This document shows, piece after piece, positions 25,301-37,856 of a stretch of 64,000 bases of DNA. The translations under genes were made by a program, and so were the position numbers. Location: NCBI GenBank assembly GCA_964019425.1, contig OZ025791.1, positions 806,001 to 870,000 of the forward strand, in the 5' to 3' direction. Position 1 is the first letter of the stretch. Every line of letters begins with the position of its first letter. The notes beneath the pieces were generated by a model. It saw nothing but the letters and a program-made list of their open reading frames with translations. It was not told where the DNA came from and did no database searches. Source of the stretch: Flectonema sp. DT1601. Taxonomy: Eukaryota.

Positions 25301-28300
25301 GTAATGTATCCAAGGTGGTGGGTGTTTACAGATTCAACGAAAGATGTAACTAGAAAGAGTGGCACAGGTACTTCAGTGTATACATTGAAATCAACTGGTG
25401 CAACAGCAACAGAAACAATCTTTTCAGCTAAGATGGCAACGTTGGGTTCTGTTGCGTCATTCACTGGAATGTACTTTGAGGGTCCAGTTCCGACTTCAGG
25501 AACACCTGAAGTTATTGAAATTATCTTTCATTCGAGTGGTTTTGTTTATGCTCCAACTGGAGGTATAGGATCACGACCAACTTCATCAAAAGTATACGCT
25601 TGTGCTGCTCAAGTCTCAATAACACTCGCTGCCTCTACCACTCAACAATACATTAAAATCACTGGAACTGCTGGTACCAGTGCTACAGCTGCATGTAATC
25701 CTACAGAACTTGCATCAAAGACAGGTTGTACAAGATATATAATGGACTTATCTACTTTTGACAGCGGAGGTTTTGGAATAGATGCTCAAATATTATCAAC
25801 AAGTGATGATGTAATTGATACAACAACTCCTAGAAACATTACTATTATCGCAGAGGGAGGTGCTCAAAGCTCTCCAAAGGGATTAGCTCCTACCTGGTCT
25901 GTGGATTCAACTGGTGACTTAATTAGTCAGGATCTTATATTTGATTCTCTTTATAATGGGAACTCACTTCAACAGATAGGAGCGGATACATACACTTTTG
26001 GATCGCTTGAGGTTCAGGCAAAAAGATCACTGACATCTGGTACCAACGTGGTCGGTGGTACAGGAACAGTATCATTTGCGTATGGTAATGCCGCAGGTAC
26101 TCCAGTGAAATCACCTGTGCGTGAAACAACATTTAGAATTTGTTCTTCAACGTGGACGAATAGCGCTGAAACAACAAATGTTAATCTCTGTGTTGTTATT
26201 TCTCTCTGGATCACATCACCGGAGTCAACGATGGCTTCAATTGTTGACACAGAGCCTACAGCTGGTCAGATAATCAGAGGCTCAAGTTCTACTTGTGGTC
26301 TCAACCCAAACATGTCAACACTGGTAGTGTTCACGTACTTCTCTATTACAGCTATTGCTAATACACGATTCTATGTTTATGATCAAAACATTGATTATTC
26401 AATGACTTTTGGTGGTACCAGCATGGTAATAAATGGAACCTTAGTGGCATCTACTTCCTTAGTTCAAAGTAATAATGTTCCGACAGCTTCGGTGAATTTG
26501 GATCCGAACCCAGAAACGACTCATTCATTACAATTATTGCAATTGAAGGTTCAGTATTTGTATTACGTTCGTGGTATTGGAGGTAGTTTGAATTCACAAA
26601 TACCATTTTCGATAAGTGCGACATCGACTAATGGAATGAACGGAATAACATCAACAACGACTACCAATACCTACTACAGCACTGATCCTGTTGAGACATT
26701 CGCGCAATGGAACCTCGCAGATGGTGGAGTCACAACTGATGATGAATGTCCTTCAAGAAGACATCTCCAAACCGTAACAAACAACTACCGAACCTACACA
26801 CCTGTCCCTGGACGTACCTGGGATTACGGTTCTAGTGTTGTAACAGGTATTCCATTTCCTATTGAAACCATGGTAACGACAACTGGTAAACAACGTGCTT
26901 GGACATACTCAACACTCTTGATAAGAGTTACAAAGAAGGGTTGGTCAAAATGTAACAACGGAGGTGCCTTAAAAGTGTATGAGCTAAAACCGTCTTTAAC
27001 TACTGAGGGAGTAGTTCTTCGTGACGGTGACTTGACTTCATTCACTGAGAAGCCCGACGGATCAGTTACTATGACTCAGGGAGTTGGAACTCCTTGGCCA
27101 GTATTAGCTGTACCTTGTGAAGCTTGTACTCTTCAAATTGACCTGTGCTATGTCGGTAAAACAGCAACTACTTGTCATGAAGGATTAGGAGCTGGATCCA
27201 CAGATCCATCTGATGCAACACCACTACTGTATGGTCGTTCTAAGGTAACAAAAACCTTCAGCGTTACCGCTGGTGAAACCGACCTGATTGGCGTCGTCTC
27301 ACAGACAACACCAACAGTAATTAATGGTGCTGTTAAAGTTGGAGACTTGTTCTCTGTTCAGCTTGAGAATATTCAACTCATGGGTAATAAATCAAGTTCA
27401 CCATGGGCAATGCAAGAAGACATCAGCAACAAATGGACTCGCGCTGTGACCGTTACTTCTACCTGGTTGAATTCTGGCAGCAATTCGAAATATGGAAACG
27501 GAGCATTCCTTGCTGACGGTAATCTAAAAGTGGGAAAAGCTGATTTATGCACCTCCGTCACTGGTGAAGATTTCGCTGCAGCTTCATATGCACCAACGCT
27601 GTTGGAAGGAATTCAGGGAGTTGTGTTTTACTTTACTCGTCCTTGCAGCTCATGTTCTTTATCCCTTGAGTATTCTTTATCAAAACTTGGGTATCAGTCA
27701 AAGACGGGAAAGTTTGCCTTACGAAGCTACTCAACATCTGGTGTGTTACCAGTAGTAGGGGCACCATTATCGTATAAAGTAACTACTTGTGGTTCGCAAT
27801 GGCTGTTAGCAGGTGTTCCTCCAGTTGCAGTTAGAAGAAGAAAAGCATTCTCACTAACAGTATGGCAGGTTGATGGAAACAATGTACCAGATTGGACAGC
27901 ATCAGCATCTAATGTTGGATTCTTAATGTCAGGTGCAGACAGTACTGGTAATGGTGCTGGTGGTAAAGCAGTTGTAACATCACCATTAACAGCGGGTAAG
28001 ACCGTCCCAACTGATGGAACTGCTACTGTGAGAGCTTTCTTTAGACGTGCTTGTTTCAAGTGTAAAGTTACCTTCGCATTACTTCCACAATGGATTACTG
28101 TGTTGACTGATCCTTCTCAAATTATTGCAATCCCTGCTTCAAGAACTCCGATGGTTCAGATCTTCAGCCAAACTACTGATGTCGGGAAATGGGTTTTTGA
28201 AGTTTATGCAGCTGATGACTTATCCGACAGGTCTTATACTGTGGCGGGGCCAACACCATTTTCATTTCAGCCAACTTACGGAAATCATGTTGTGGGTCAG

Positions 28301-31300
28301 GCGACATTAACCTTGTCTTCAAGTGCTCAAATCTCATTTGATACAAAAATGACTCTCGACACAGGGTCAACTGTTGCCGGCACTATTTCAACTGGAGGAG
28401 CAAAATCAATCTTAACCAACGGTACTGCAGTCTTAAACGGAATCCCAATTCCTTCTATAAACTCTGTGGGTGAAACAGGTACTACTGTTGTCACTTTATC
28501 AACAGCTCCAGGTGTTTGGTACGATGTCGGGTTCCAGATGAGTCCATCAGCTTTGGGTCTCAACACAAACTATTTTGGAGGGAAGACGCCTCCGAAGATT
28601 CATTTCTCAGTGGCAGCTTCTCACATGGCAGTTGACAACACTGCTAAGTTCTCATCACATTTTGGTTCATCACGAACAACTGGTGGTTTCTGTGGAGTAT
28701 CTGATATGGTTCCTGGAGAATCTTGTGAGTTCTGGGCCTTTACTGTTGGTCAAGAACCAGGAGCTGGTTCAAATAGTAGAAATTGGTTCTTAGCTGTGAC
28801 TGAAGTAGTTTCACCAGCAACGACATCGATAGCATGTACATCAGTATCGACACAAACACCGTCTACATTGTGTGACGTTGTTGTTACACAGAACGCATTA
28901 TTTAGTGAGGGAGTAGCAAAGTTCACAGCTGATGCCGTAAACATTGGTGAGTTATGTACATGTACAGTTACGATAATTCCACCATCTGACTTAGTTAATG
29001 CAACTACTCAGTCGCTGTCACTAAAGTTTAAACCAAATGGTCTTAGTACTCAATGGGATTGGGATACTACTCGGACTAGTGCTGTCTCTGTGTCATCACC
29101 GACAATTATGACTTCAACAGCTGCAGCTAATAGAACTATCTTTCTTGGATTAAAAGCGTGGGATTCAACAAAGACAACAAGCGTGGGAGGAATAACTTGG
29201 GCATCACAAGAAGTAACTCTAACGGGTTCCGCCATGACTCCTCCAGATTGTTTTATTTGTATGAACGTTGGAAGCAGTGCAACTGCGTGTATAATAACAA
29301 GTAGCGTTGGAGGTAATACCGCAACATTAGAAGGTTACTTCATTAGTGATGGAACATGTACATTATCAACTAGTGTGATTACTGGATTACCAGTAATGGA
29401 CACATCCGGTATGGCTAATGTCAATAATGGTCCAAAATCAACATTAGATGTAACTGTATCAAGTTCTGTTAAGATTGATATGTTACCAGACACTAGCGCT
29501 GTTAATATAATCGAAGCTAGAAACTTCTCAAGGTTAACAAGTATGACTGTGAATGGGATGGAAGCTGCTGTTGTTGGAATCGGTTCGAGAATGCAAGTTC
29601 AAATATTAGATACCAACGGAAAGATTGTTAGTGGTGATAACCATATGCAGTTCACTCTAACTGGAACCAGATCAGCTGCAGGAGGTCTAAGCTCCAATGC
29701 AACTACTTGGCCAACACAAAGCTCAAGAGCTGTTGATGGGATCGCTTCCTTTGAACTCGATTCTCATATGACTACGAGAGCTCCATCATGTTTATCAACA
29801 CCAGCATCACCAATATCATCATGTGAACATTCACCATGGTACTTTACTGTTGTTGCTTCTGCTCCAGTTGTGCAGTCTGATAAGACAACAGCTACTGGTT
29901 CATTCGGAACCTCAATAACAGAGATAGGTCCTTTATACTTCGTGCGTAAGGCTGCCTTAGTTAACGTCATCGGATCATTTGGGGGTGCGCACAGACCTCC
30001 ACCAGCTAATGCCAGTGTATTGCCTCCCCCAACACCAGCTCAAGGAGGTAGTAGTGGTGGATTTGGTTGGGATCAAGAATTAGTCATGAAGTCAGGTAGA
30101 CTGACAGCTAATTGGATGTACGGTTTTGAATTCAACATGAAAATGCAAGCCATTGATGTAACGGGAACTGTAGTGTCACACGCTGAAGATGTCGGAAGTC
30201 ATTCATCAATATTTATGCGCCCAGTTGCTATTCCTTGTTTGAATGTAGATCTGTTAACATCAACAGCTTCTGTAGTACCAAAGCCGTGGGTATTCGATAC
30301 TTGTACAGTTGGTGGCAGCTGTCTCCACACCAGAATGGTTGATGTCCCAAAATGCACTCCAGCTGGCTGGAGCATTGCAGGCAAGACTACTGCAGCACAG
30401 CAGGAAATTTCACTCACTGAGGGTGTCGCAGATATCGGAAAGATGTTGTACGATGGTCCTGGTGATGGTATTAAAAGAATTCTATTTACAACAACAAGCT
30501 TTGGAAGAATTAGTTCATTATCAATATCAAAGGATGACTCTTTCTTAGTAGAGCTTAACTTACAGAGGATAACTGGACTCGGATTTTGGAATCCAGCCAT
30601 CAGACCAACTCAAAGCCAGGCTTGCCCTGGTGATATCTGTCCGATGCCTTTATCATTTGGAACAACTATTCCTCCATTGGCAAAGTTTAATTTATCTGTT
30701 GCTATTGTTGACATCGCAGGGATACGTGTTAGAGGTGATTCTCAATCCAGTGTTCAGGTTACAGCTCAATGTCCTGGAGGAACATCTTATATTGGTAAAC
30801 GTCAAGGTGAGTTCCTTGACGTCTTGACCCCGCTAACGTTTCAGGCAGAAGACGGAATTGTTAATTTCTTTGATTTAGAAATAAGTGGTTTATGTCCAAG
30901 TATGACATTCACTTTTAGATGTATTAGTTCAGCAAATGATTTAATGTCTGATTGTCAGGATAAAAACTTCGTGACAGAGAACTTTGTTGTGGAGGGCTCA
31001 GTGATTGGTGCTCCTCCTCCACCACCGCCACCACCACCGGTTAAGGCTGCTCTTCCTTTGGGTAATTTCCAAGATCCTGTGGAATTTACAAAATTCTTAA
31101 AAAAAATCGACCGGACAGTCTTCGAAAAGAACATGAAAAAACTTCTTGGTAAGACTATGCAAACTCTTAAGCACGTCAGACTTAGATTCGTTTGTTCAAT
31201 TCCAGGAAATCGAGTTGGAGGAAGAATTACAAACGCTGATAGAGCTGATCCAAACATTTGTAAAGACTTCTACCCAGCTACCCTTGCTCCTGTAGGCAAT

Positions 31301-31894
31301 GGTACTAACGCTTCTGCTTCCAATGCTTTGTTTTCTAGGATGTTCCGAACTCTCCAAAATGCTAATTTAGTCGCAAAGGCAGAATTCGACGTACAAACAA
31401 CTGTAGCAGGAAACACAACTCAGATGGCAGACCTGGTTAAAACCAGTATCCAAGAAGACTTAAAGAATCCAGCTAACTCAGTCTTAGTACAAGGATCTAG
31501 TGCTGTGTTCTCAAATGCTAATGCAAGCGCTATGACTGGTTTGTTTTTGTTTTGTTTTATTTTATTTTATTTTTTGTGCTCGGCAACAAGTATTAAAGGG
31601 TTTGCTTAGGAATTCTTATTTGGGGAAAAAAAAAAAAAAACAGCGGCTCCGGAAGTAACATGGGCTCCAACAGCAGTACCAACACCGTTGCCGACAGGAT
31701 CGCCAACATTGGTGCCAACACCAGCACCGGATACAGACGTGCCTCCCCCACCGACACCTGTTCCTACTGCTGCTCCGAGGACGCCGACACCTACGATTAC
31801 ACCTGTGAATCCACCTTCAAGTTCATGTGTTGTTGGCCCTGGTTGGATAGCATTAGTAGTTTCTTTGATTATATCCCTTGTGACCTTTATGTGA
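16340..31894 (+). CDS. Giant (~5,149 aa) secreted, probably GPI-anchored surface protein; exons 16340-31538 and 31644-31894
   Basis: 15-kb ORF with an N-terminal signal-like IIFGSLVVLGLISG, a Ser-X stalk, Cys-containing beta-rich modules and polyPro. GT-AG intron 31539-31643 restores the frame (G|CG) into a PT-rich linker ending PSSSCVVGPGWIALVVSLIISLVTFM*, which resembles a GPI signal. Acceptor tctctccgcag at 16287. Confidence 0.92.
16420..18330 (+). repeat. Coding Ser-X dipeptide repeat region punctuated by TVS(L/M)SLPT motifs
   Basis: 18-bp SASGSL units at ~16540-16690. Perfect 60-bp tandem duplications at 17315-17437 and 17753-17881. Confidence 0.95.
31539..31643 (+). other. Spliceosomal cis-intron, 105 nt
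   Basis: GTTTGT...AAAAAAAACAG. Removal joins the two ORFs in frame. Confidence 0.85.
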
Positions 31895-33639
31895 AAACTT
31901 TTTCCCCTTCCGACTACCCCATTTGATTTCCTCTATTGTTCATGTCCACTCAATTAGAACATTTTAACAAATGTATCCTGTTGTACCATTCGCATGCGAG
32001 CTCCTTATGTCTGTTAAGCTGTGATGCTTGTTTCACGTCTCGTTTATCAAGTAACCCCCTTCTGAACAGTAAGATTACTTGCACCCATTTGATGTCCCAT
32101 GTAACACAAAAATATTTTTTTTTTTGTTGTCTTTTTGCTGTTTGCATTAGGATTAGTGCGCTAAGACATTTACACAGTCTTTTGTGTTGCATTTCATCCC
32201 TGTTGTGACAAATGATGGACCTGCAATCCTAACTTGAGGAGCAGTCTTCTCTCTTGAGTTTTTTAGTTTTAGTTTTTGTTTTTTTGTTTTGTATTCTTGT
32301 GAGCCAAAAAAAAAAAAAAAAAAAAAAATTCCACAAAACTGACTTGACTCATTCAAACATATTCAAAGTGAAATCAGTGGAGGGGATGTGGACATAACAA
32401 ACCAATCCGTAGGGTCACAATTATTGAGCAATTTATTATTGTGATCTCCTCTCTTGATTTTCTTTGTACACTTATTCAACTAGGGCTACCCATCACGTAG
32501 AATAATCTTATTGTTGTTATTAGATTATACTACTAGCACCAATGCTATTCTGAATTAAAAATATCTTTTTTTTTTTCACAAATTAAGTCTCACGGCTCAC
32601 TTCCCCTCTATTTTTCTTTAATCTATCCGAGGGAAGTATTTCCGAGGAGGAAAAAAAAAAAAAAAAAAAAAAAAAAATTCAATTTACACAAAAAAACTTC
32701 TGCATGAAAATAAGCAATTATTAATTACTACTGAGAAAAGAATACCAGAAATGTGTTCTATTTTATTTTTCGCTCAAAACATGGTATCCGTTGTGAATGT
32801 TAACTCCTTAAGAACAACTGTGATGTTTTGTAGCTCTTATTTTTAATTTTTCGATTCTCCGTTTTTTCTGTACAATTTAAGACGAGTCTCTCTCGCACAA
32901 ACAGTAAGTAAAAATAACAGTTTTCAAGCGAATTATGTGCGTATTATACATTTTTCCAAAAAATGGCAATTCATTTTTTACTTTTTTACACATCTCGTTG
33001 ATGTTGGGGAAAGAAGAGGTTTTTATCTGTTTTTTTCCTTGTACTTATTTGGGGAAGATCGCAGTGCCCCTCTCTGACTTTGAAAAAAAAAAAAAAAAAA
33101 AAAAAAAAATTGTTCGAAGCTTGTCCTTTGTGGTCCTCCTCTTCTCTCATCTCCGTATCCACAGAAGGGTCGAATTATTGTATGACTTTCTTGGTTTAAT
33201 ATTCTTGGCGTGCTTTTGCTCTCGCTCACACGTCCTCGACAGAGTATATTTTCTATTTTTGAATTTATTAGACTCCTAGTTCTCTGATATCTATTGTTTG
33301 GCTCTCTCTCTGGCATATGTGCTTGTGAACTTCGCTTGTATGAATAGTTCATTGGTTGTAATATGTGTTAAAAGCTCTTGTCCGGCTCCCATGGTTGTTT
33401 GTAAAGCGTCGGTTGCTGGGCCTGGTCAACCTGCAAAGCAAGACTGGGACAGTCTAAACGTTTTTTAATCTCTCTCTCCTCTTCCTCAATCATACGATCA
33501 GTCTCTTCTCCGATAACTTCTGGAGCAAAGTGACAACAAAAAAAAAGAAGAAAAAAAAAAAAAAAAAAAAAAAAAAGAATTTAGACAACGTTCTCTCATT
33601 CCCTTTATTATCAAAGAAGAAGAAGAAACGTCAACTGTG

Positions 33640-34040
33640 TTATCGCAGTTTGAATTTTCCAATCTTTGCTAAAGTGGAAGTACTGGCTAACTACTCTACG
33701 GTATTGAAACTACTTTGAGTAATCAGCTTATCCTCACAAATATATGTAACAACTGGCATACCACATTCTTAATGTAGGAACCTAGTTGAGCACAAGTACC
33801 CGTCTAAGAATCCCTATCCCTGTTTTTCTTTTTTAAGTTAAACAATCAACTCTCACTATCTGCATTTGTTTACAACTGTAGTCTTATGCATAATATCCAT
33901 TGACTTACATATACTTGGTAAGCCAAGTCTGTGGTCTTCAGAGGAAATGGTGAATCTACTACCTATTAATCTATCGCCAGTGAGAGTCTCGCATCTGTGA
34001 GCTGTTTCTGGAGTTTTTGATTTCCCTAAATCACGTAAGG
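33640..34040 (+). mobile_element. Decayed RTE-like LINE 3' portion: RT C-terminal motif plus degenerate 3' repeat
   Basis: VEVLA-[fs]-LLYGIET (LLYGIET at 33691-33711; cf. RTE Vls.LLYGsETW). About 260 bp downstream is tcgccagtgagagtctcgcatctgtgagctg... (33974-34040), which matches the dispersed repeat. Confidence 0.5.
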
Positions 34041-35392
34041 AACGTTGAAAAGAAAGAAAAAAAATAAAAATAAAAAGAAATCACTAGGACGACAGGGCGG
34101 ATTTTCCCCTTTCCTTTTAATCTTGCAGGTTTTACAATTGTAGCAAGCCCCTTCCCTTCCCTAAATTTTCTTTTCCCCCTCATGCATAACCCGCCGTTTA
34201 AAAAAAAAAAAAAAATCGAAACCGAAAGTAACTATCAGAATTCATAGTACAGCAATTGGGCAAGTTTGTCTTTAGTGATTACTTGCTTGGTTAAAATAGA
34301 ACTGCGGGCTCACTTTTTAAGGCACTCTTATGCGAGTTTAAACAGTTCACCCCTCCCTTCCCTCTCTTTTTTTATGAAATCGAAAAATCAAGTCTTCGGA
34401 GTTCCAAGTTTTGTGCCTTATTCAGTTTAAATTGTTTTCTTCAACCCCTCAGTAGTGGCGATTAGCCTTTCTTGTCCGTTCTCTCTTCTTTCTCATTGAA
34501 CTCGAAGAAGGAATTTAAAGGGGGAGAATGTGAATGTGCCAGCGCTACTTATGTTAAAATAGTTATTTGCTATATCTATGTTTCTGAGCCATGCAGTTTG
34601 GCTACCTTGGCCTGTCTTATTCGTAAGTTGGTCTTACCCTGAACGACACATATCAGCAGCCTTTGAGCTTATTATTGTTTTTGTAACAGCTATTGGTTTG
34701 GTGTGGGAGTGCACTGTACTCTTTATGCATTGATGTTGTTCTCTTTCTATCCCTTTAACTTCTCTACCCTCTCGTCGCCTCCCTCTCGTCACCTTCCCCT
34801 CATCTGTACATGAGCTTTTCTCTCTCTCCATTTTCCCTAACTTAATTTTTTTGTTTCTTTCTTTTCTGGGGAAGGCAGCATGTTGGCCCAGTGCCGAAAT
34901 TTATGTACCCTTAAAAGGGAAAAGAAGGAATACAAGAAAAAAAAAAAAAAAGTAGTGCGCAAAGCAAACGTCTCGACATATATACATTACACTTTTCGAA
35001 AGGCGTTGTTGAAGAATATTTACCCTTGAATTAACAACTTATTATGTGTTTTGCCACTACAATTTGTTTCTACGCTACACCGAAAGAAAAGGAGAACACA
35101 AGTTTATTTTATTTTTTTCGTTTTTTGAAATCTTTTCTTTTCTCTTCTTCATTTAAAAAAAAAAAAAAAAAAACTCTTGTTGTTTTTCACTTTGAGTGGT
35201 GCTTTATTCTATCATTCTCTTTCACAGGTACTACGAGCCAGCAAATAAAAAAAATGGGTTCTGAATTCGGGGGTTAATTTAATCAATGTTTCACAACAAG
35301 ATATATCCACGTAACATCTTTCTTTGTCTCTTCTAGGCTATTTGCCTCCCCTTACACCGAGCAAAAAAAAACAAAACAAAAAAAGTAAGAAA

Positions 35393-35723
35393 ATGGCCAC
35401 TGCAGCTGGTGCTATTGCCGCTCAACCAGTGCCTGTTGTAGCACAGCCTGCCCAGACACCGAATTACGGAAATGTATGTAAATTTGTTGAGTAGATTTGT
35501 GGTTGCTTGTGTTGGGATTCTCGAACTCACAAAAAAAACTAGCATGTGGTTTCTTCCAGGCATTTAAAAAAAAAAAAAAAAAAAACAGTTTCCAAAGAAG
35601 GTAAGGAAATGTATTCAAAAGGAATACGCATTTCTCAATAACACAATCGCGAATATGGAGCAAAAAAACATGAATTTGAAAGCAGGTTACAGCGCTGCTC
35701 AGCGTGAATATGCTTCCTCATAG
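35393..35723 (+). CDS. Candidate small spliced gene (~44 aa in one model) with a 12-nt micro-exon
   Basis: Strong acceptor tctttctttgtctcttctag ending 35336. ATG at 35393 opens a GC-richer MATAAGAIAAQPVPVVAQPAQTPNYGN. GT donors at 35474/35478, then aaaacag|TTTCCAAAGAAG|gtaagg (35589-35600), then acceptor aagcag at 35685. Confidence 0.4.
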
Positions 35724-36215
35724 TACACATCAGTCTTTGTGTGGACTTTGTTTGATGACGTGCGTCTTTCTTCTGTTTGTTTTGTTTGAATCAACTAACG
35801 ATGTTAGCAAGAATTACACGTCAGCAGCACTTTTTTCTTTTTTTTTTTTTTTTCTGACGTTTTTTTTTTTATTACACCTTTTCAACAACAAGAAGAATTT
35901 TTTTTTTGTTCTTTTTTTTTTTTTTTTGGAGAGCTTTTGTTACACTTTGATTTGTTTTTCACCGACCACGAGCCCTGTTGCTGATTAAGAAGCGGAAGAA
36001 AGAACTTAGGGGGAAAAAAAAAAAACGAAGAGCAAAAGATGGTGTTCTGTTCTCTTGAGCTTCGTATTTGTGGCTGTCAAGCATACATTTTCTTTTTTTC
36101 AAGTGCGGTAAAGTAGCAGTAATGGTTGTTATCCATTCATGAGTTGATGTGTTTGTTGTTCACTTCTCGTTGTAATGTTTATGTTCTCAACAGCTACCCA
36201 TCACAAGTATAAATT

Positions 36216-37856
36216 ATGACTTTCTCACCTCGCCTTCTTGGAGGAAGTTTGAGTCCAACTTACCACAGCCCGATGAGCCCAATGGCAGTTGTTGAAGATC
36301 CAATGCACGCTGTAGTTGGAAGAAATCTCGCGTTTGGAGAGACAGCAGCGAGGGTCGGGTCGGTTGAAGCAAATGCAAGAGCTGGTTTTCTTGCTAATCA
36401 CGCGTCGGTGTCATCTCATGCAGCCGCAGCTGCCCGTGCAGATACTGCCCATGCAGCAATGAGAACAGCTGGCCAGGGGTTTCGTGCGGTTGATGCAACT
36501 GCGAGAGAACACGCTGCCGGACTTGCTCACCACAGCGCTGCATTTAATGCGTCCGCTGCTGGTTCGGAACTCGCTAACAGAGATCTCGACTACCGTGCTC
36601 AACAAGGAACCTTGGCAGCTGCTGAGGGGCTTCTTGGAACTAGAGCACTTTCACGTGAAGCTGCTGGTCGCAATGCGTTTGAACGCGACGTGCACTCAGC
36701 AGCAGCAATCGACAGAGCTTCTTCTTTAGAAGCATTCAGACGAGACCGAGCAATTGACGCCGACACCACTGTGGCCAGAGCATCTGTTGCTGGGGCTGAT
36801 GCTGCCCAAGCTCGGGCTACCGAACGTGCGGCTGGTGCACTTGCACATGAAACACATGCCGCTGCTGCTGTGACGCGCTCTCGGGCGTCCCAGGCGGAAG
36901 TGCAGGCGCTCTCTGCTGAAAGAACAAGGGCTCAGTTGGCTGCCTCGGCAGCCAATGCGTCCGCCATGGCTCGCGATGCTGCCGCACGTGAACGTGCAGC
37001 TTGCACGGCACTAGCGTGTGCTGACAGAGATGCTGATTCTGCGAGACTCGTTGCATCACAGGCTCGTGCTGACGCTGCTTCTGTTGAACAGCAGGCCCGT
37101 TCTCGAGCACTTCAACACGGATCAATTCAATTGGATGCTGCGAATGCCAACAGAAGAGCGATGGCCGAGGACGCACAAGCAGTAGCAGCTACTTCTAGAG
37201 CAGCGTTGGCAGACCGTGACTCTCGCCTTGCTGCTGCCAATGCTGTCGCTGCAGCTCGTGAATCTGAGGCCGCACGGGCTGACCACGCCATCAGATGTGC
37301 TGATGAAAGAATTGCGAGAGGTGGTGTTGAGGAAGCCCACTCTTCACTCCGTCGCAGCGCATACATGTTGGACTCTGCGAATGCTAATTATTCTCATGCT
37401 ACAACACACGAAGCTGCAGCAAGAACACATGCGGGTGAAGCATTCGTTCACGCTTCCATTGAAAGGGCTCGTCACTTCCAGGAATCTCGTGCACTCGATG
37501 CGGCACATGCCAGGGAAGCTGTTTCCGCATCGAATGAGGCTCATGTTCATCATTCTTCAAGACTCGCTTCTTTAGATGCGGTACGCGCTCATGATGTTGC
37601 TGGACGTGCATCGCTAACACGTGCAATTCATGAGGCAAGTCCACGTAGAACCATGGCCTACTATGATGTCCCATCAGAGTATTCTTTATCTCCAAGGGGA
37701 TTGCCTATTGCTTTATCACCAACTGCGTTATCTCCAACTCACGCACGTCTTGCCGCATCTCCTCGAAGCTTCAGCACTACCGGAAGCCCCATTCTTGATG
37801 CAAAGCTTCGTACTCTCAGCTCACCCGTTGCGAGTCCACACAGTCGGTTTTACTAG
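36216..37856 (+). CDS. Ala/Arg/His-rich alpha-helical (coiled-coil-like) hypothetical protein, 546 aa
   Basis: Long GC-richer ORF. Acceptor tctcaacag ends 36193. Helical core flanked by SP/SPR-rich termini. Confidence 0.88.
   Translation: MTFSPRLLGGSLSPTYHSPMSPMAVVEDPMHAVVGRNLAFGETAARVGSVEANARAGFLANHASVSSHAAAAARADTAHAAMRTAGQGFRAVDATAREHAAGLAHHSAAFNASAAGSELANRDLDYRAQQGTLAAAEGLLGTRALSREAAGRNAFERDVHSAAAIDRASSLEAFRRDRAIDADTTVARASVAGADAAQARATERAAGALAHETHAAAAVTRSRASQAEVQALSAERTRAQLAASAANASAMARDAAARERAACTALACADRDADSARLVASQARADAASVEQQARSRALQHGSIQLDAANANRRAMAEDAQAVAATSRAALADRDSRLAAANAVAAARESEAARADHAIRCADERIARGGVEEAHSSLRRSAYMLDSANANYSHATTHEAAARTHAGEAFVHASIERARHFQESRALDAAHAREAVSASNEAHVHHSSRLASLDAVRAHDVAGRASLTRAIHEASPRRTMAYYDVPSEYSLSPRGLPIALSPTALSPTHARLAASPRSFSTTGSPILDAKLRTLSSPVASPHSRFY

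Noticed and set aside
31539..31609. Hydrophobic TM-like C-terminus GLFLFCFILFYFL of the 5089-aa ORF (similarly 59919-59988)
   Set aside because: Read-through into T-rich introns. Spliced forms give sensible GPI-like and EDEL ends. Regulated intron retention cannot be supported without RNA data.
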